Source: Candidatus Stahliibacteriota bacterium (GTDB lineage Bacteria; Hydrothermota; UBA3073). Taken from it: a stretch of DNA of 61,675 nucleotides. The translations under genes were made by a program, and so were the position numbers. The stretch covers positions 1 through 61,675 of the forward strand of contig DAOUSS010000001.1 in the NCBI GenBank assembly GCA_030627085.1, given 5' to 3'. This document shows, in pieces, positions 7,196 through 16,395 of the stretch (position 1 is the stretch's first letter; each line of letters starts with the position of its first letter). The notes below the pieces were generated by a model. It was not told where the DNA came from. It worked only from the letters and a program-made list of their open reading frames with translations, and did not search any database.

Positions 7196-9037
7196 ATGCA
7201 GGAGATATTGGGAACACCTTTGGATTATACGGTCATGATTGGCTACTTTGTTCTGATCGTAGCCTTTGGAACATTCTTTGCCAGATATACAAAGACTACC
7301 AAAGAATTCTTTCTGGGTGGGCAAAGATTCCCCTGGTGGATCATCTCGTTTTCATGTGTAGCTACATTAGTGGGTTCCTATAGTTTTATCAAGTACGCAT
7401 CAGTGGGGTACCTCTACGGATTCTCTTCTACAATGAGCTATATCAATGATATCTTTCTGCTGCCTATCTTCATGTTTTGCTGGTTACCCGTAATCTACTT
7501 TTCAAGAGTCTTGTCAATTCCCGAATATCTTGGGAAGAGATTCGATCCTCGAACTCGTGTAGTGGGTACGATTATTCTCATAATTTATCTTGTGGGCTAT
7601 GTGGGTATCAATCTCTACACTTTGGGTGTTGCCCTGCATACCTTAATAGGCTTGCCGGTATTCTGGGCTGCCGTTGCAGTGGCAGTATTTGCAACCATCT
7701 ATGTGGTAGCGGGTGGACAGACCGCTGTGATCTGGACAGATCTATTGCAGGCTTTTATTCTTTTGATTGCGGGCATAGGGTTATTTGTGGGGGGGATCTT
7801 TTTCTTGAGGCACTACGGTGGTTTTTGGAATCTCTTTCCAACCGGCCATAAATACGCCATGGCCTACTTCAATAAGCCGCCCAGTTTCAACTTCGTGGGT
7901 GTCTTCTGGCAAGATGCCATCGCAAATTCTTTTGCATTCTGGCTTATGAACCAGGGAATAATGATGAGATTTATGTCAGCCAAGAGCCTGCACGATTCAA
8001 GGAAGGCCGCTCTTTTCAATATCTTGGTGTTAATAATTGTGGCGTCTGTCGCCACTTCTGGTGGAGGCTGGATAGCAAGAGCTCTGGTGAGTGCCGGGCT
8101 TCTCCCTAAAACTCTCACCGGTAAAGAAGCATTTGTCAGAGCCGCCTATTTCTTATGTCGTCCGGGTGTATTTGGGTTTGTCCTCGCGGCTCTTACCGCA
8201 GCCCTTATGTCTACTGTGGATACTTTACTTAATGCCGCTTCAGCAGTATTTGTGAACGATGTCTGGCGACCTCATATAGTGAAGAAGGCTCCAGATAGGC
8301 ATTACTTGAAAGTTGCAAGGATAGCCTGTATAGCGGGGGCTATTATTGGGATTGCGCTGGTTCCCATTTATATGAGGTTTAAAACTATCTATGCTGCCCA
8401 TGGAGCATTTACCGCAACCATAACTCCACCTATGGTAGTAGCCATTGTCTTGGGTTGTACCTGGAAACGTTATACATCCAAAGCTGCTTTCTGGACCTTG
8501 TTGGGGGGGATGATCCTTATGTTTATTTCTATAAAGTATGACATCCTGTTAGCTCCATTTAGCTGTGGGATACCACGTTCTGGCTGGTTCTTCATCCGTG
8601 CCCTTTACGGATTGGTTGTCTCGGGAGTGATTGGAGTAGTTGTTACTTTATTTACAACACCCCCATTAAAGGAAAAAATCAGTGGCCTGGTTTGGAGGAC
8701 AGAGAGAGAGGGAATGATAAAATTTAAAGGTGCAGAGCCTAATGAGCGAGAAGGTAAGCAGGCTGTTCTCAGGATAAAGCAGGTAGAGCTATCTGATGAG
8801 GAAGATATCGTTAGAGTATCTCCCAAGGCTATGGAACTAATGCAAGCAAATACCGGTGATATGTTATATGTTACAGATTATAGGTGGTGGATGGGAGGAT
8901 TACATTCTACACATGCCAAGGCCGGAGATCCCATTACTGAAGAGGAGGATTTTGATAAAGTGTATGTATCTAAAGTCTTGATGGATAGAGGACGATTCAA
9001 AGAGGGTATGAAAGTAAGGGTAGAAAAGATATTTTAG
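7196..9037 (+). CDS. solute:sodium symporter (SSS/SSF) family transporter with extra C-terminal soluble domain
   Basis: RBS aaggagg, start MQEILGT. Many TM helices and the SSF signature region VAGGQTAVIWTDLLQAF. The last ~126 aa are hydrophilic. Confidence 0.85.
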   Translation: MQEILGTPLDYTVMIGYFVLIVAFGTFFARYTKTTKEFFLGGQRFPWWIISFSCVATLVGSYSFIKYASVGYLYGFSSTMSYINDIFLLPIFMFCWLPVIYFSRVLSIPEYLGKRFDPRTRVVGTIILIIYLVGYVGINLYTLGVALHTLIGLPVFWAAVAVAVFATIYVVAGGQTAVIWTDLLQAFILLIAGIGLFVGGIFFLRHYGGFWNLFPTGHKYAMAYFNKPPSFNFVGVFWQDAIANSFAFWLMNQGIMMRFMSAKSLHDSRKAALFNILVLIIVASVATSGGGWIARALVSAGLLPKTLTGKEAFVRAAYFLCRPGVFGFVLAALTAALMSTVDTLLNAASAVFVNDVWRPHIVKKAPDRHYLKVARIACIAGAIIGIALVPIYMRFKTIYAAHGAFTATITPPMVVAIVLGCTWKRYTSKAAFWTLLGGMILMFISIKYDILLAPFSCGIPRSGWFFIRALYGLVVSGVIGVVVTLFTTPPLKEKISGLVWRTEREGMIKFKGAEPNEREGKQAVLRIKQVELSDEEDIVRVSPKAMELMQANTGDMLYVTDYRWWMGGLHSTHAKAGDPITEEEDFDKVYVSKVLMDRGRFKEGMKVRVEKIF

Positions 9038-9057
9038 AAAAGAAAATCTATTTTGTG

Positions 9058-9954
9058 ATGCTTACTCAATTAGAATGTGCTCCCTGTATTATAGATGATT
9101 TAGTTGGAGCAATAAAGTTACTGAACTTGCCTCGCGAGATACAAAAGAAAATACTCGCTGAGGGGTTAGATTACTTAAGCAAAAATTTCAATCTTCAAAC
9201 CATCCCATCCTATCATATCACCCAGGTACATCGTATCTTAAAAAGAATTTCGGGAATAGAGGTCCCATTCAAAGACCTACGCAGTAACTGTAACAAAGTA
9301 GGGACCGAGATAGCCAATTACCTATCTCAGGAATCCAAAAAGCTTTCAGATTTTGATGGATTCTATTATTTAGCAAAATGGGCAATTGCTGGCAACTTGT
9401 TGGATTTCCGTACTGTGGGAACTGGTTATGGGTTAGCGGTTTCTCGTATTAGAGAGAAGCTCAAAAATAATGTTCAAGAGGGCTTGAGATTGGATTATAT
9501 CGATAGATTATATCAACTGCTGAAGGAAGGAAAAAGAAAGGTTTTATATATTTTAGATAATGTAGGCGAAATTGCTATTGATAAGTTGCTGATCAAAAAG
9601 ATAGTAGAATTTGGTAATTCAGTTACTACTACCGTGCGTGGTGGGCCTATTACAAGCGATGCTACTCTTAATGATGCCGAACAGGTAAATTTGAGTGAGT
9701 CTGGAGCCCGAATTATTATAGCAGGACCTGACACCCTGGGTATCTCCTGGAAGGAGAAATCCAGAGATTTGACTGATGCCTTAAATAGGGCAGATATTAT
9801 TATTACCAAGGGACAGGCAAATTTTTATGTTTTCTCTGAATATAAGAAAGAAATTCCAGGAAATATATTCTGCCTCTTTACCACAAAGTGTGACCCGGTC
9901 TCCAGCATTTTTGGTGTCAAAGGCAAGATTAATCTTGCAGTCCAGTTAAAATAA
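9058..9954 (+). CDS. DUF89 / ARMT1-like damage-control phosphatase family protein
   Basis: YILDNVGEIAIDKLL (DNxGxE...D metal motif) and IITKGQANF motif. Typical length of about 300 aa. Confidence 0.7.
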   Translation: MLTQLECAPCIIDDLVGAIKLLNLPREIQKKILAEGLDYLSKNFNLQTIPSYHITQVHRILKRISGIEVPFKDLRSNCNKVGTEIANYLSQESKKLSDFDGFYYLAKWAIAGNLLDFRTVGTGYGLAVSRIREKLKNNVQEGLRLDYIDRLYQLLKEGKRKVLYILDNVGEIAIDKLLIKKIVEFGNSVTTTVRGGPITSDATLNDAEQVNLSESGARIIIAGPDTLGISWKEKSRDLTDALNRADIIITKGQANFYVFSEYKKEIPGNIFCLFTTKCDPVSSIFGVKGKINLAVQLK

Positions 9955-9957
9955 AGG

Positions 9958-11445
9958 ATGAGTGACTCACCTGCATTAGGCACTCCATTTCTAAAAGAGT
10001 CAAGAGCCGATGTAGCTATCATCGGCTCTGGCGTTATTGGGGCAACGATTGCAAGAGAATTATCAAGGTATAAATTAAATACCATTCTTATAGATAAAGA
10101 GGTCGATGTGGGCTGGGGGGCAACCAAGGCGAATACTGGTATTATACATGCTGGTTACAGTGAGGACCCACATACACTGAGGGGGAAACTATGTGCTCCA
10201 GGCAATCGTGTCTACCAGCAGTTGTGCGAGGAATTAGAGGTCCCGTTTAAACGTATTGGCTCCATTGTGGTGAGTTTAAACAAAGAAGAAATTCAGACTT
10301 TATGTGAACTTGAAAATCACGCTAAAATCTGCGGAGTCCCCGAAACCAGAATCTTGAACAGAGATGAATTGCATAGTGTGATACCTCATTTAACCCCTAA
10401 GGCTGTATATGGTTTTTATGCCCCAACCGCTGCAACAATAAGTCCTTACGGGCTTACTATTGCATTGGTAGAGAATGCACAAGCAAACGGTGTAAACGTT
10501 TTGATACAAACTAAAGTGCTGGGATTAAAGAAAAACCGCCAAGCAATTATTCTTAATACCACCTCTGGTTATGTACATACAAATTTCGTTATAAATGCTG
10601 CTGGTCTCTGGGCTGACGAGATATCTGCTATGTCTGGAGAAAAGGAGTTTAATATCCATCCACGGAAAGGAGAGTATATACTTTTTGATGACGCAACAGG
10701 GGAAATTACGGACAAAATAATTTTTTCAGTCCCTACTCCTGTAAGTAAGGGTATAGTGTTTGTTCCATTCGTAGAAGGAAATTACGCAGTTGGTCCCACG
10801 GCTGAAGATACAGAGGACAAAGAAGACTTATCTACCTCATTTAAAGGTCTTAAGAAAGTACTTAATTTTGCTGAATATTTTTTCCCAGAAATTCCATTCA
10901 AGAGATATATTATCAACAACTTTTGTGGCTTAAGGCCAATAGCAGATGAGAACGATTTTATTATCAGGCCCTCTTATAATATGAAAGGCTTAATTCATGT
11001 AGCTGGTATCCAGTCTCCTGGTTTAACGGCAGCACCCGCAATTGCCTCTATGGTAATGGATATCCTTATGGATCAGGGCTTGAAGCTAACTCTAAATCCC
11101 TATTTTAACCCTATAAGACGAGCTATTCCTCAAATAAAAGGGTCAGAATATAAAACTAAAGAAAAACTAATTAAAGCAAATTCAAAGTACGGACATATTG
11201 TTTGCCGTTGTGAGACCGTGAGTGAAGCTGAAGTCATAGAAGCAATAAGACGCGGAGCAACGACTCTGGATGGGGTGAAATTCCGTACACGTTGCGGAAT
11301 GGGAAGATGCCAGGGAGGTTTTTGTACTCCCAGGATTATGGAAATTTTAAGTAGAGAACTTCATATTCCCTTAGAGGAAATTAGCAAACGAAATAAAGGG
11401 TCTTGGTTAATTAAGAATAAGGTGTTGGGTTCTGATAATGTATAA
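9958..11445 (+). CDS. FAD-dependent glycerol-3-phosphate dehydrogenase-like oxidoreductase with BFD-like [2Fe-2S] domain
   Basis: N-terminal DVAIIGSGVIGATIAREL dinucleotide fold. C-terminal VCRCETVSEAEV...RCGMGRCQGGFC (BFD-like Cys pattern). Confidence 0.8.
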   Translation: MSDSPALGTPFLKESRADVAIIGSGVIGATIARELSRYKLNTILIDKEVDVGWGATKANTGIIHAGYSEDPHTLRGKLCAPGNRVYQQLCEELEVPFKRIGSIVVSLNKEEIQTLCELENHAKICGVPETRILNRDELHSVIPHLTPKAVYGFYAPTAATISPYGLTIALVENAQANGVNVLIQTKVLGLKKNRQAIILNTTSGYVHTNFVINAAGLWADEISAMSGEKEFNIHPRKGEYILFDDATGEITDKIIFSVPTPVSKGIVFVPFVEGNYAVGPTAEDTEDKEDLSTSFKGLKKVLNFAEYFFPEIPFKRYIINNFCGLRPIADENDFIIRPSYNMKGLIHVAGIQSPGLTAAPAIASMVMDILMDQGLKLTLNPYFNPIRRAIPQIKGSEYKTKEKLIKANSKYGHIVCRCETVSEAEVIEAIRRGATTLDGVKFRTRCGMGRCQGGFCTPRIMEILSRELHIPLEEISKRNKGSWLIKNKVLGSDNV

Positions 11446-12700
11446 AGCAAACGTGGTAATTATTGGAGGCGGTCCAGCTGGATTAGGAGCAGCTTGTAAG
11501 GCCAAAGAATTAGGAATAGAGAAGGTGCTTATTCTGGAACGAGACCGAGAATTAGGGGGGATTCTCTTTCAGTGTATCCATAATGGGTTCGGATTGCAAT
11601 ATTTTAACGAAGATTTAACAGGTCCTGAATATGCTACAAGATTTATTCAAAAAGCTCAAAAACTAGGTGTGGAATCAAAACTTAATACAATTGTTCTTGA
11701 AATAAACAATAACAAAAAAATACTTGCTGTAAACTCGAGCGATGGCTTAATGGAAATAAATACAGAAACCATAATTTTAGCTATGGGTTGTCGTGAGAGA
11801 ACAAGAGGAGCAATAAATATACCTGGGACAAGACCAGCTGGCATTTTCACTGCCGGCACAGCTCAGAGATTAATAAATATGGAAAATTTGCTTCCGGGTA
11901 AGAGTGTGGTTATCTTAGGATCTGGTGACATTGGCCTGATTATGGCTCGTAGATTAACATGGGTCGGGGCAAAGGTTAAAGCAATAGTGGAGATGCTGCC
12001 ATATCCGTCAGGATTGACGAGAAATGTGGTCCAATGTGCAGAAGATTACGATATCCCTCTAATCCTTTCTCATACAGTAACGAACATCTATGGAAAAAAA
12101 CGACTTACAGGAGTGACTATTGGAAAAGTGGATGAAGAGGGAAATATAGTAAGAAAAAGCGAAAAATATATCCCGTGTGATACTTTGTTACTATCGGTTG
12201 GTTTAATTCCAGAAAATGAATTATCCAAAAACACGGGTATCAAATTAGATGCTGATACAAATGGACCCTTCGTGAATCAGTATATGCAAACAACTATTCC
12301 CAATATCTTTGCTTGCGGAAATGTGACTCAGGTTTACGATCTGGTAGACTATGTTACTGAAGCTGGAGAACTCGCAGCTGAAGGAGCCCATTTGTATATG
12401 AAAGGGTTAACGAATTCCAAAACTGTTCTAATCAAAAAGGGTAGAAATATAAGACAGATAGTACCTCAAAGAATATCGTTATACGAGAGACAAAAACCTA
12501 TAAGGTTCTATTTAAGGGTGCAATATCCAGAGGAAAAAGTGAAAGTGGGAATATACAAAGAAGGGAAAGAAATATTTTCCAAAAAGCAATTAATAGTTAG
12601 ACCAAGTGAGATGATAGTACTTGAAATTAGTGATGAGGTAATAAGAAAAGCATCCGAAACAAACGAAGTTACCGTTAAAATTAATGGGTATAGAAACTAA
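11438..12700 (+). CDS. FAD/NAD(P)-binding pyridine nucleotide-disulfide oxidoreductase (NOX-like partner subunit)
   Basis: Two Rossmann motifs (VVIIGGGPAGLGAA; VVILGSGDIGLIMA). The start overlaps the upstream stop by 8 nt. Confidence 0.8.
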   Translation: MYKANVVIIGGGPAGLGAACKAKELGIEKVLILERDRELGGILFQCIHNGFGLQYFNEDLTGPEYATRFIQKAQKLGVESKLNTIVLEINNNKKILAVNSSDGLMEINTETIILAMGCRERTRGAINIPGTRPAGIFTAGTAQRLINMENLLPGKSVVILGSGDIGLIMARRLTWVGAKVKAIVEMLPYPSGLTRNVVQCAEDYDIPLILSHTVTNIYGKKRLTGVTIGKVDEEGNIVRKSEKYIPCDTLLLSVGLIPENELSKNTGIKLDADTNGPFVNQYMQTTIPNIFACGNVTQVYDLVDYVTEAGELAAEGAHLYMKGLTNSKTVLIKKGRNIRQIVPQRISLYERQKPIRFYLRVQYPEEKVKVGIYKEGKEIFSKKQLIVRPSEMIVLEISDEVIRKASETNEVTVKINGYRN

Positions 12701-13061
12701 AAATAAAGCAATTACTTGCATTCTTTGTCCCTTAGGGTGTAAGATTGATGTTTTAAAAAAGAAAGGGACGATAATAGTAAAAGGCGCTAAATGTGCAAAA
12801 GGAAAAGATTATGCTATCAAGGAAATCACTAATCCAGTAAGAGTACTTACAGCTACCATTAGAGTAAGGAATGGGATACTACCCTTATTGCCAGTAAAGA
12901 CTACACTATCTATACCTAAAAAACAAGTATTTACTTGTCTTAAAAAACTCTATCAACTTGAAGTAAAAGCTCCTGTTAAAATGGGAACAGTAATTGTTAA
13001 AAGCATTGCTAATACCAATTCGGATATTATTAGTACTCGAGGAATAGATTCTAAGCATTAG
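12684..13061 (+). CDS. DUF1667 domain protein (third subunit of the G3PDH-like complex)
   Basis: CILCPLGC...GAKCAKGKDYA Cys-rich N-terminus and about 125 aa. Overlaps the upstream gene by 17 nt. This three-gene arrangement is a conserved module. Confidence 0.7.
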   Translation: MGIETKNKAITCILCPLGCKIDVLKKKGTIIVKGAKCAKGKDYAIKEITNPVRVLTATIRVRNGILPLLPVKTTLSIPKKQVFTCLKKLYQLEVKAPVKMGTVIVKSIANTNSDIISTRGIDSKH

Positions 13062-13169
13062 AACTATATAAGAATCCATTTAAATCATCCATTAAATATT
13101 TTACTCCCAACAAAAGTAGTTATCTGACCAACAACCTGCCAGTTTATATCCGCTTTCCTTAAAAATTTA

Positions 13170-13198
13170 TTGACAAATCCCGATATTTGGTGTATAAT
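13170..13198 (+). promoter_or_regulatory. sigma70-type promoter TTGACA-N17-TATAAT
   Basis: ttgaca 13170-13175, 17-nt spacer, tataat 13193-13198. It precedes a structured leader of about 168 nt and the FMN-binding protein gene. Confidence 0.6.
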
Positions 13199-13366
13199 AC
13201 AAAAGCACCTTTAAAAAAGAATAACAGGGACTGGAAGAGAATTCAAGAGAAAAATTATATTTAGAAAATAATCTCTTCCCTGCCTGACGGTTGGCAGGCA
13301 ATCCCTTTAGTTCCCTGTTGCAACTTATAAACTTCAATGTGGAAAGGCCAAAATAGGAGGGGAGAT

Positions 13367-13936
13367 ATGAAGATAAAGATGGTGTTATCGCTGCTGATAG
13401 TGTGTCTTGCAGCAGCAGGATTGCTTTCCTGGGTGTATACAGTCACTACACCTATAATTGAAGAGGGGATAAAGGCAAAACTGGACGAACAATTAAGGGA
13501 GGTCTTCCCCTCTGCCTGTAAATTTGATCCACTTGTAATTAAAGGAGACACACTTCTGAAGGATACCCTCTGGGTAGCAGTGGACTCGACAGAGAATAAA
13601 GTAGGAATTGTGTTTAAGGTATTTCCAATGGGATATGGTGGTCCAATTGAGACACTGGTTGGTCTTGCAAGCGATACCAGCATTGTAGCAATAAGACCTG
13701 CGACCCCCTCTGAAGGATTGAAGGAGACACCGGGACTGGGAGTAAGAATAACAGAATCCGGTTTTATAGAACAGTTCAAGGGAAAAAAGAAAAAGGACAT
13801 CCAATTGAAAAAAGATGGGGGCACGATTGATGCTATAACCGCAGCAACAATATCGTCAAGGGCTGTAACCGACGGTGTAAGAGAAGGAATTGAGAGATAC
13901 GCAAAATGGCTTGCAACTATTGGAGTTATAGAGTAA
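13367..13936 (+). CDS. RnfG/NqrC-like FMN-binding domain protein (membrane-anchored, extracytoplasmic)
   Basis: RBS aggagg before ATG 13367, N-terminal TM anchor, GYGGPIETLVG, ETPGLG, and a flavinylation-type motif DAITAATISS (Dxx[ST][GA]A[ST]). Confidence 0.75.
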   Translation: MKIKMVLSLLIVCLAAAGLLSWVYTVTTPIIEEGIKAKLDEQLREVFPSACKFDPLVIKGDTLLKDTLWVAVDSTENKVGIVFKVFPMGYGGPIETLVGLASDTSIVAIRPATPSEGLKETPGLGVRITESGFIEQFKGKKKKDIQLKKDGGTIDAITAATISSRAVTDGVREGIERYAKWLATIGVIE

Positions 13937-14040
13937 TGCGGTTTTGCAGTTATGCAATTATGCGGTTTGGTGGTTATGCGGTGATATTTGGTGTTGAATG
14001 GGGGTTAAGTGTTTTTGGTTCGTTGGTCACATATTAGTCG

Positions 14041-14067
14041 TTACGCCTTACGCCTTACGCCTTACGG
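14041..14067. repeat. tandem heptamer array (ttacgcc x3.9)
   Basis: ttacgcc ttacgcc ttacgcc ttacgg. Neighbouring arrays are ttatgcggt-like (13937-13983) and tgggcat x2 (14083-14096). Confidence 0.85.
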
Positions 14068-14143
14068 ATCAGGCGTCAGATTTTGGGCATTGGGCATTTT
14101 ACTTATCTCGGTTCCACTATTTCCGGCGAGGTTACTCATATAT

Positions 14144-15319
14144 ATGGACACAATGCAAACTGATCACCTTCACGCATATGGAGTTGCCTATCAGGCACTA
14201 CTGTTAGAGAAGAAGGTTGAATGGCTCTTAAATTACAGGGGAGGTTCTTTTCTAATAGACTACGATAAAGGCATTGAAAATATATGTAGAAAGAAAGGGG
14301 TTAGATGTTCCATAGTAAACGAGGCGAGCGTGAGACAGATTTACAAGATCATTGAGGATGAAAATATGGAGAAAGTGATATTGGAAGAGGCTCCAAAGAT
14401 TGCCGTATATGTGCCTCCGCATTTTTCTCCATGGGACGACGCAGTGAGACTTATACTTGATTATGCCGGGATTCCATACGACGCAATATGGGATGAGGAG
14501 GTTCTATCAGGTGCCTTATCTTCTTATGATTGGGTCCATCTTCATCACGAAGATTTCACAGGACAATACGGTAAGTTCTACAGGTCCTATCATAATGCAG
14601 ATTGGTATAAGAGGGAAGTCTCAATAAATGAGAATATGGCAAAAAGACTTGGCTTTTTATCTGTATGGAAATTGAAACACGCAGTTGCACTGAAGATAAG
14701 GGAGTATGTTGAAGAGGGTGGATTTCTATTTGCTATGTGTTCAGCAACAGAAACGGTTGATATTGCACTTTCAGCATATGATGCGGATATAGTTGGCATC
14801 CCATTTGATGGGACCCCAGCGGACCCAGAATACAGAAACAAACTTGACTATAGTGGAACATTCGCATTTAGGGATTTTACACCCGATGTGAACGCACTTA
14901 TATACAATCATTCTGATATTGATGTAACCAGAGAGGCACAGAGCAGAGGTAAAAAGATCTATTTCACACTGAAAAATTTTGATGCAAAATACGATCCCAT
15001 TCCCACGATGCTGAGCCAGAATCACACAAAATACATAAAGGAATTTCTTGGCCAGAATACAGGATTCAGAAGAAACTTCATAAAGGATGATGTTGTTGTT
15101 TTGGGAGATATCGAGGGTAGCGAGGAAGTCAAATATATCTATGGGGACAGGGGGAAAGGATTTTTTACATTCCTTGGCGGACATGACCCTGAAGACTATG
15201 CCCATCTTGTTGGTGACCCTCCGACAGATCTAAAAAACTTTCCAAATTCTGCCGGATACAGGCTTATACTCAATAATATATTATTTCCTGCTGCCAAAAC
15301 AAAGAGGTTGAAGACATGA
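14144..15319 (+). CDS. conserved hypothetical protein (family often mislabelled 'asparagine synthetase B'; possibly GATase1/ThuA-like fold)
   Basis: Long ORF with no antisense competitor of comparable quality. The N-terminus DHLHAYGVAYQALL...WLLNYRGGSF is recalled from a conserved bacterial family. ATG 14144 was chosen because the upstream part of the track ORF is repeat DNA. Function unknown. Confidence 0.5.
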   Translation: MDTMQTDHLHAYGVAYQALLLEKKVEWLLNYRGGSFLIDYDKGIENICRKKGVRCSIVNEASVRQIYKIIEDENMEKVILEEAPKIAVYVPPHFSPWDDAVRLILDYAGIPYDAIWDEEVLSGALSSYDWVHLHHEDFTGQYGKFYRSYHNADWYKREVSINENMAKRLGFLSVWKLKHAVALKIREYVEEGGFLFAMCSATETVDIALSAYDADIVGIPFDGTPADPEYRNKLDYSGTFAFRDFTPDVNALIYNHSDIDVTREAQSRGKKIYFTLKNFDAKYDPIPTMLSQNHTKYIKEFLGQNTGFRRNFIKDDVVVLGDIEGSEEVKYIYGDRGKGFFTFLGGHDPEDYAHLVGDPPTDLKNFPNSAGYRLILNNILFPAAKTKRLKT

Positions 15320-15948
15320 GGTTAATATTAGCATCGGCATCACCACGGAGAAGAGAACTTCTTTTAACACTTATACCCTCATTTGAAGTAATACCAAGTG
15401 GGGTAGATGAAAATCTTATAAACGAGAAGGACCCTGTAAGGTTTGCTATGAAAGCAGCTACGGCAAAAGCAGAGTCTGTGGCATCAGGAATAGGTAAAGG
15501 AGTAATAATCTCTGCAGATACTGTCGTTTCACTGAATGGATGTATAATTGGAAAGCCAAAGGATGAAAAAGAAGCATATAATGTTCTTTCACGTCTCTCA
15601 GGAAGTGAGCATTCGGTTATAACAGGATTATGTATTATTGCTATGGATGGTCGGAAGAGAAAAAAGTTCGTGGATTATGAAAAAACAATGGTAAAAATGC
15701 GCGAATTAAAGGAAGAGGAAATAATCTCCTATCTTTCACACAGTAACTGGTTGGACAAAGCAGGCGCTTATGCAATCCAGGAGCACGGAGATAGATTTAT
15801 AGAATACATTATAGGAGACTACCATAATGTGGTGGGACTACCTGTAAAAAGACTTAGAAAATTGTTGACACAGATGATCCACTCCGGGATAATAGACCTG
15901 TCATTACTACGCGATAGTAATACACTTATAGACAAAAGACCAATATGA
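15316..15948 (+). CDS. maf: Maf-like nucleoside triphosphate pyrophosphatase
   Basis: MRLILASASPRRRELL N-terminus and AGAYAIQ motif. The start overlaps the upstream stop (ATGA). Confidence 0.9.
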   Translation: MRLILASASPRRRELLLTLIPSFEVIPSGVDENLINEKDPVRFAMKAATAKAESVASGIGKGVIISADTVVSLNGCIIGKPKDEKEAYNVLSRLSGSEHSVITGLCIIAMDGRKRKKFVDYEKTMVKMRELKEEEIISYLSHSNWLDKAGAYAIQEHGDRFIEYIIGDYHNVVGLPVKRLRKLLTQMIHSGIIDLSLLRDSNTLIDKRPI

Positions 15949-16382
15949 AGAGATATCTATCTTTACTCTGTTTGTTATTACCCTTTGTTGGATGCGTTGA
16001 GAATCCACTGCAGCCACCGGGAGTGAAACACGGGACAGAAAGTTGTAATCTGAACGAAGGATCTCTTTATACATTCACATTTCCAGATGGAGATTATGGG
16101 AAATTCCATCTTGAGTATAGTAACGGATATGTATACATACAGGCAAATGGAATTGTAAGGACTTCGGGCAATAGAAATATTGCACCGGAGGAGGAATATC
16201 TTACCTGTGAACTATTCGAATGGGCAGACGAAGAAGGCTGTCCATATTACTACTTTTTAAAAACTGATGATACTCCGTACTATGCAAAGGTACATAGAAC
16301 AGGGGACATCACAAAGGGAATAACCGTATCTTTTGAATGGTGGCTGCAGACAGAGGCGGGAAATAGATACCTCGGGATGTAA
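15945..16382 (+). CDS. lipoprotein of unknown function
   Basis: Lipobox-like LLPFVGC after a hydrophobic signal. Overlaps the maf stop (ATGA). No recognisable domain. Confidence 0.5.
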   Translation: MKRYLSLLCLLLPFVGCVENPLQPPGVKHGTESCNLNEGSLYTFTFPDGDYGKFHLEYSNGYVYIQANGIVRTSGNRNIAPEEEYLTCELFEWADEEGCPYYYFLKTDDTPYYAKVHRTGDITKGITVSFEWWLQTEAGNRYLGM

Positions 16383-16395
16383 TTCAAGGAATAGT

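Noticed and set aside
7477-7851. Same-strand alternative-frame ORFs inside larger genes: 7477-7851 in the SSS transporter, 36197-36655 in the rhomboid gene, 4832-5038, 39314-39547, 42953-43156, 44119-44301, 48312-48566.
   Set aside because: They are embedded out of frame in genes with clear family signatures, their products are Cys/Arg-rich nonsense, and they have no independent translation signals.
13199-13366. FMN (RFN) riboswitch upstream of the FMN-binding protein gene.
   Set aside because: No RFN-like conserved core (GGGCGG...CCCACCGG-type segments) is present. The structure is instead a copy of a local repeat module.
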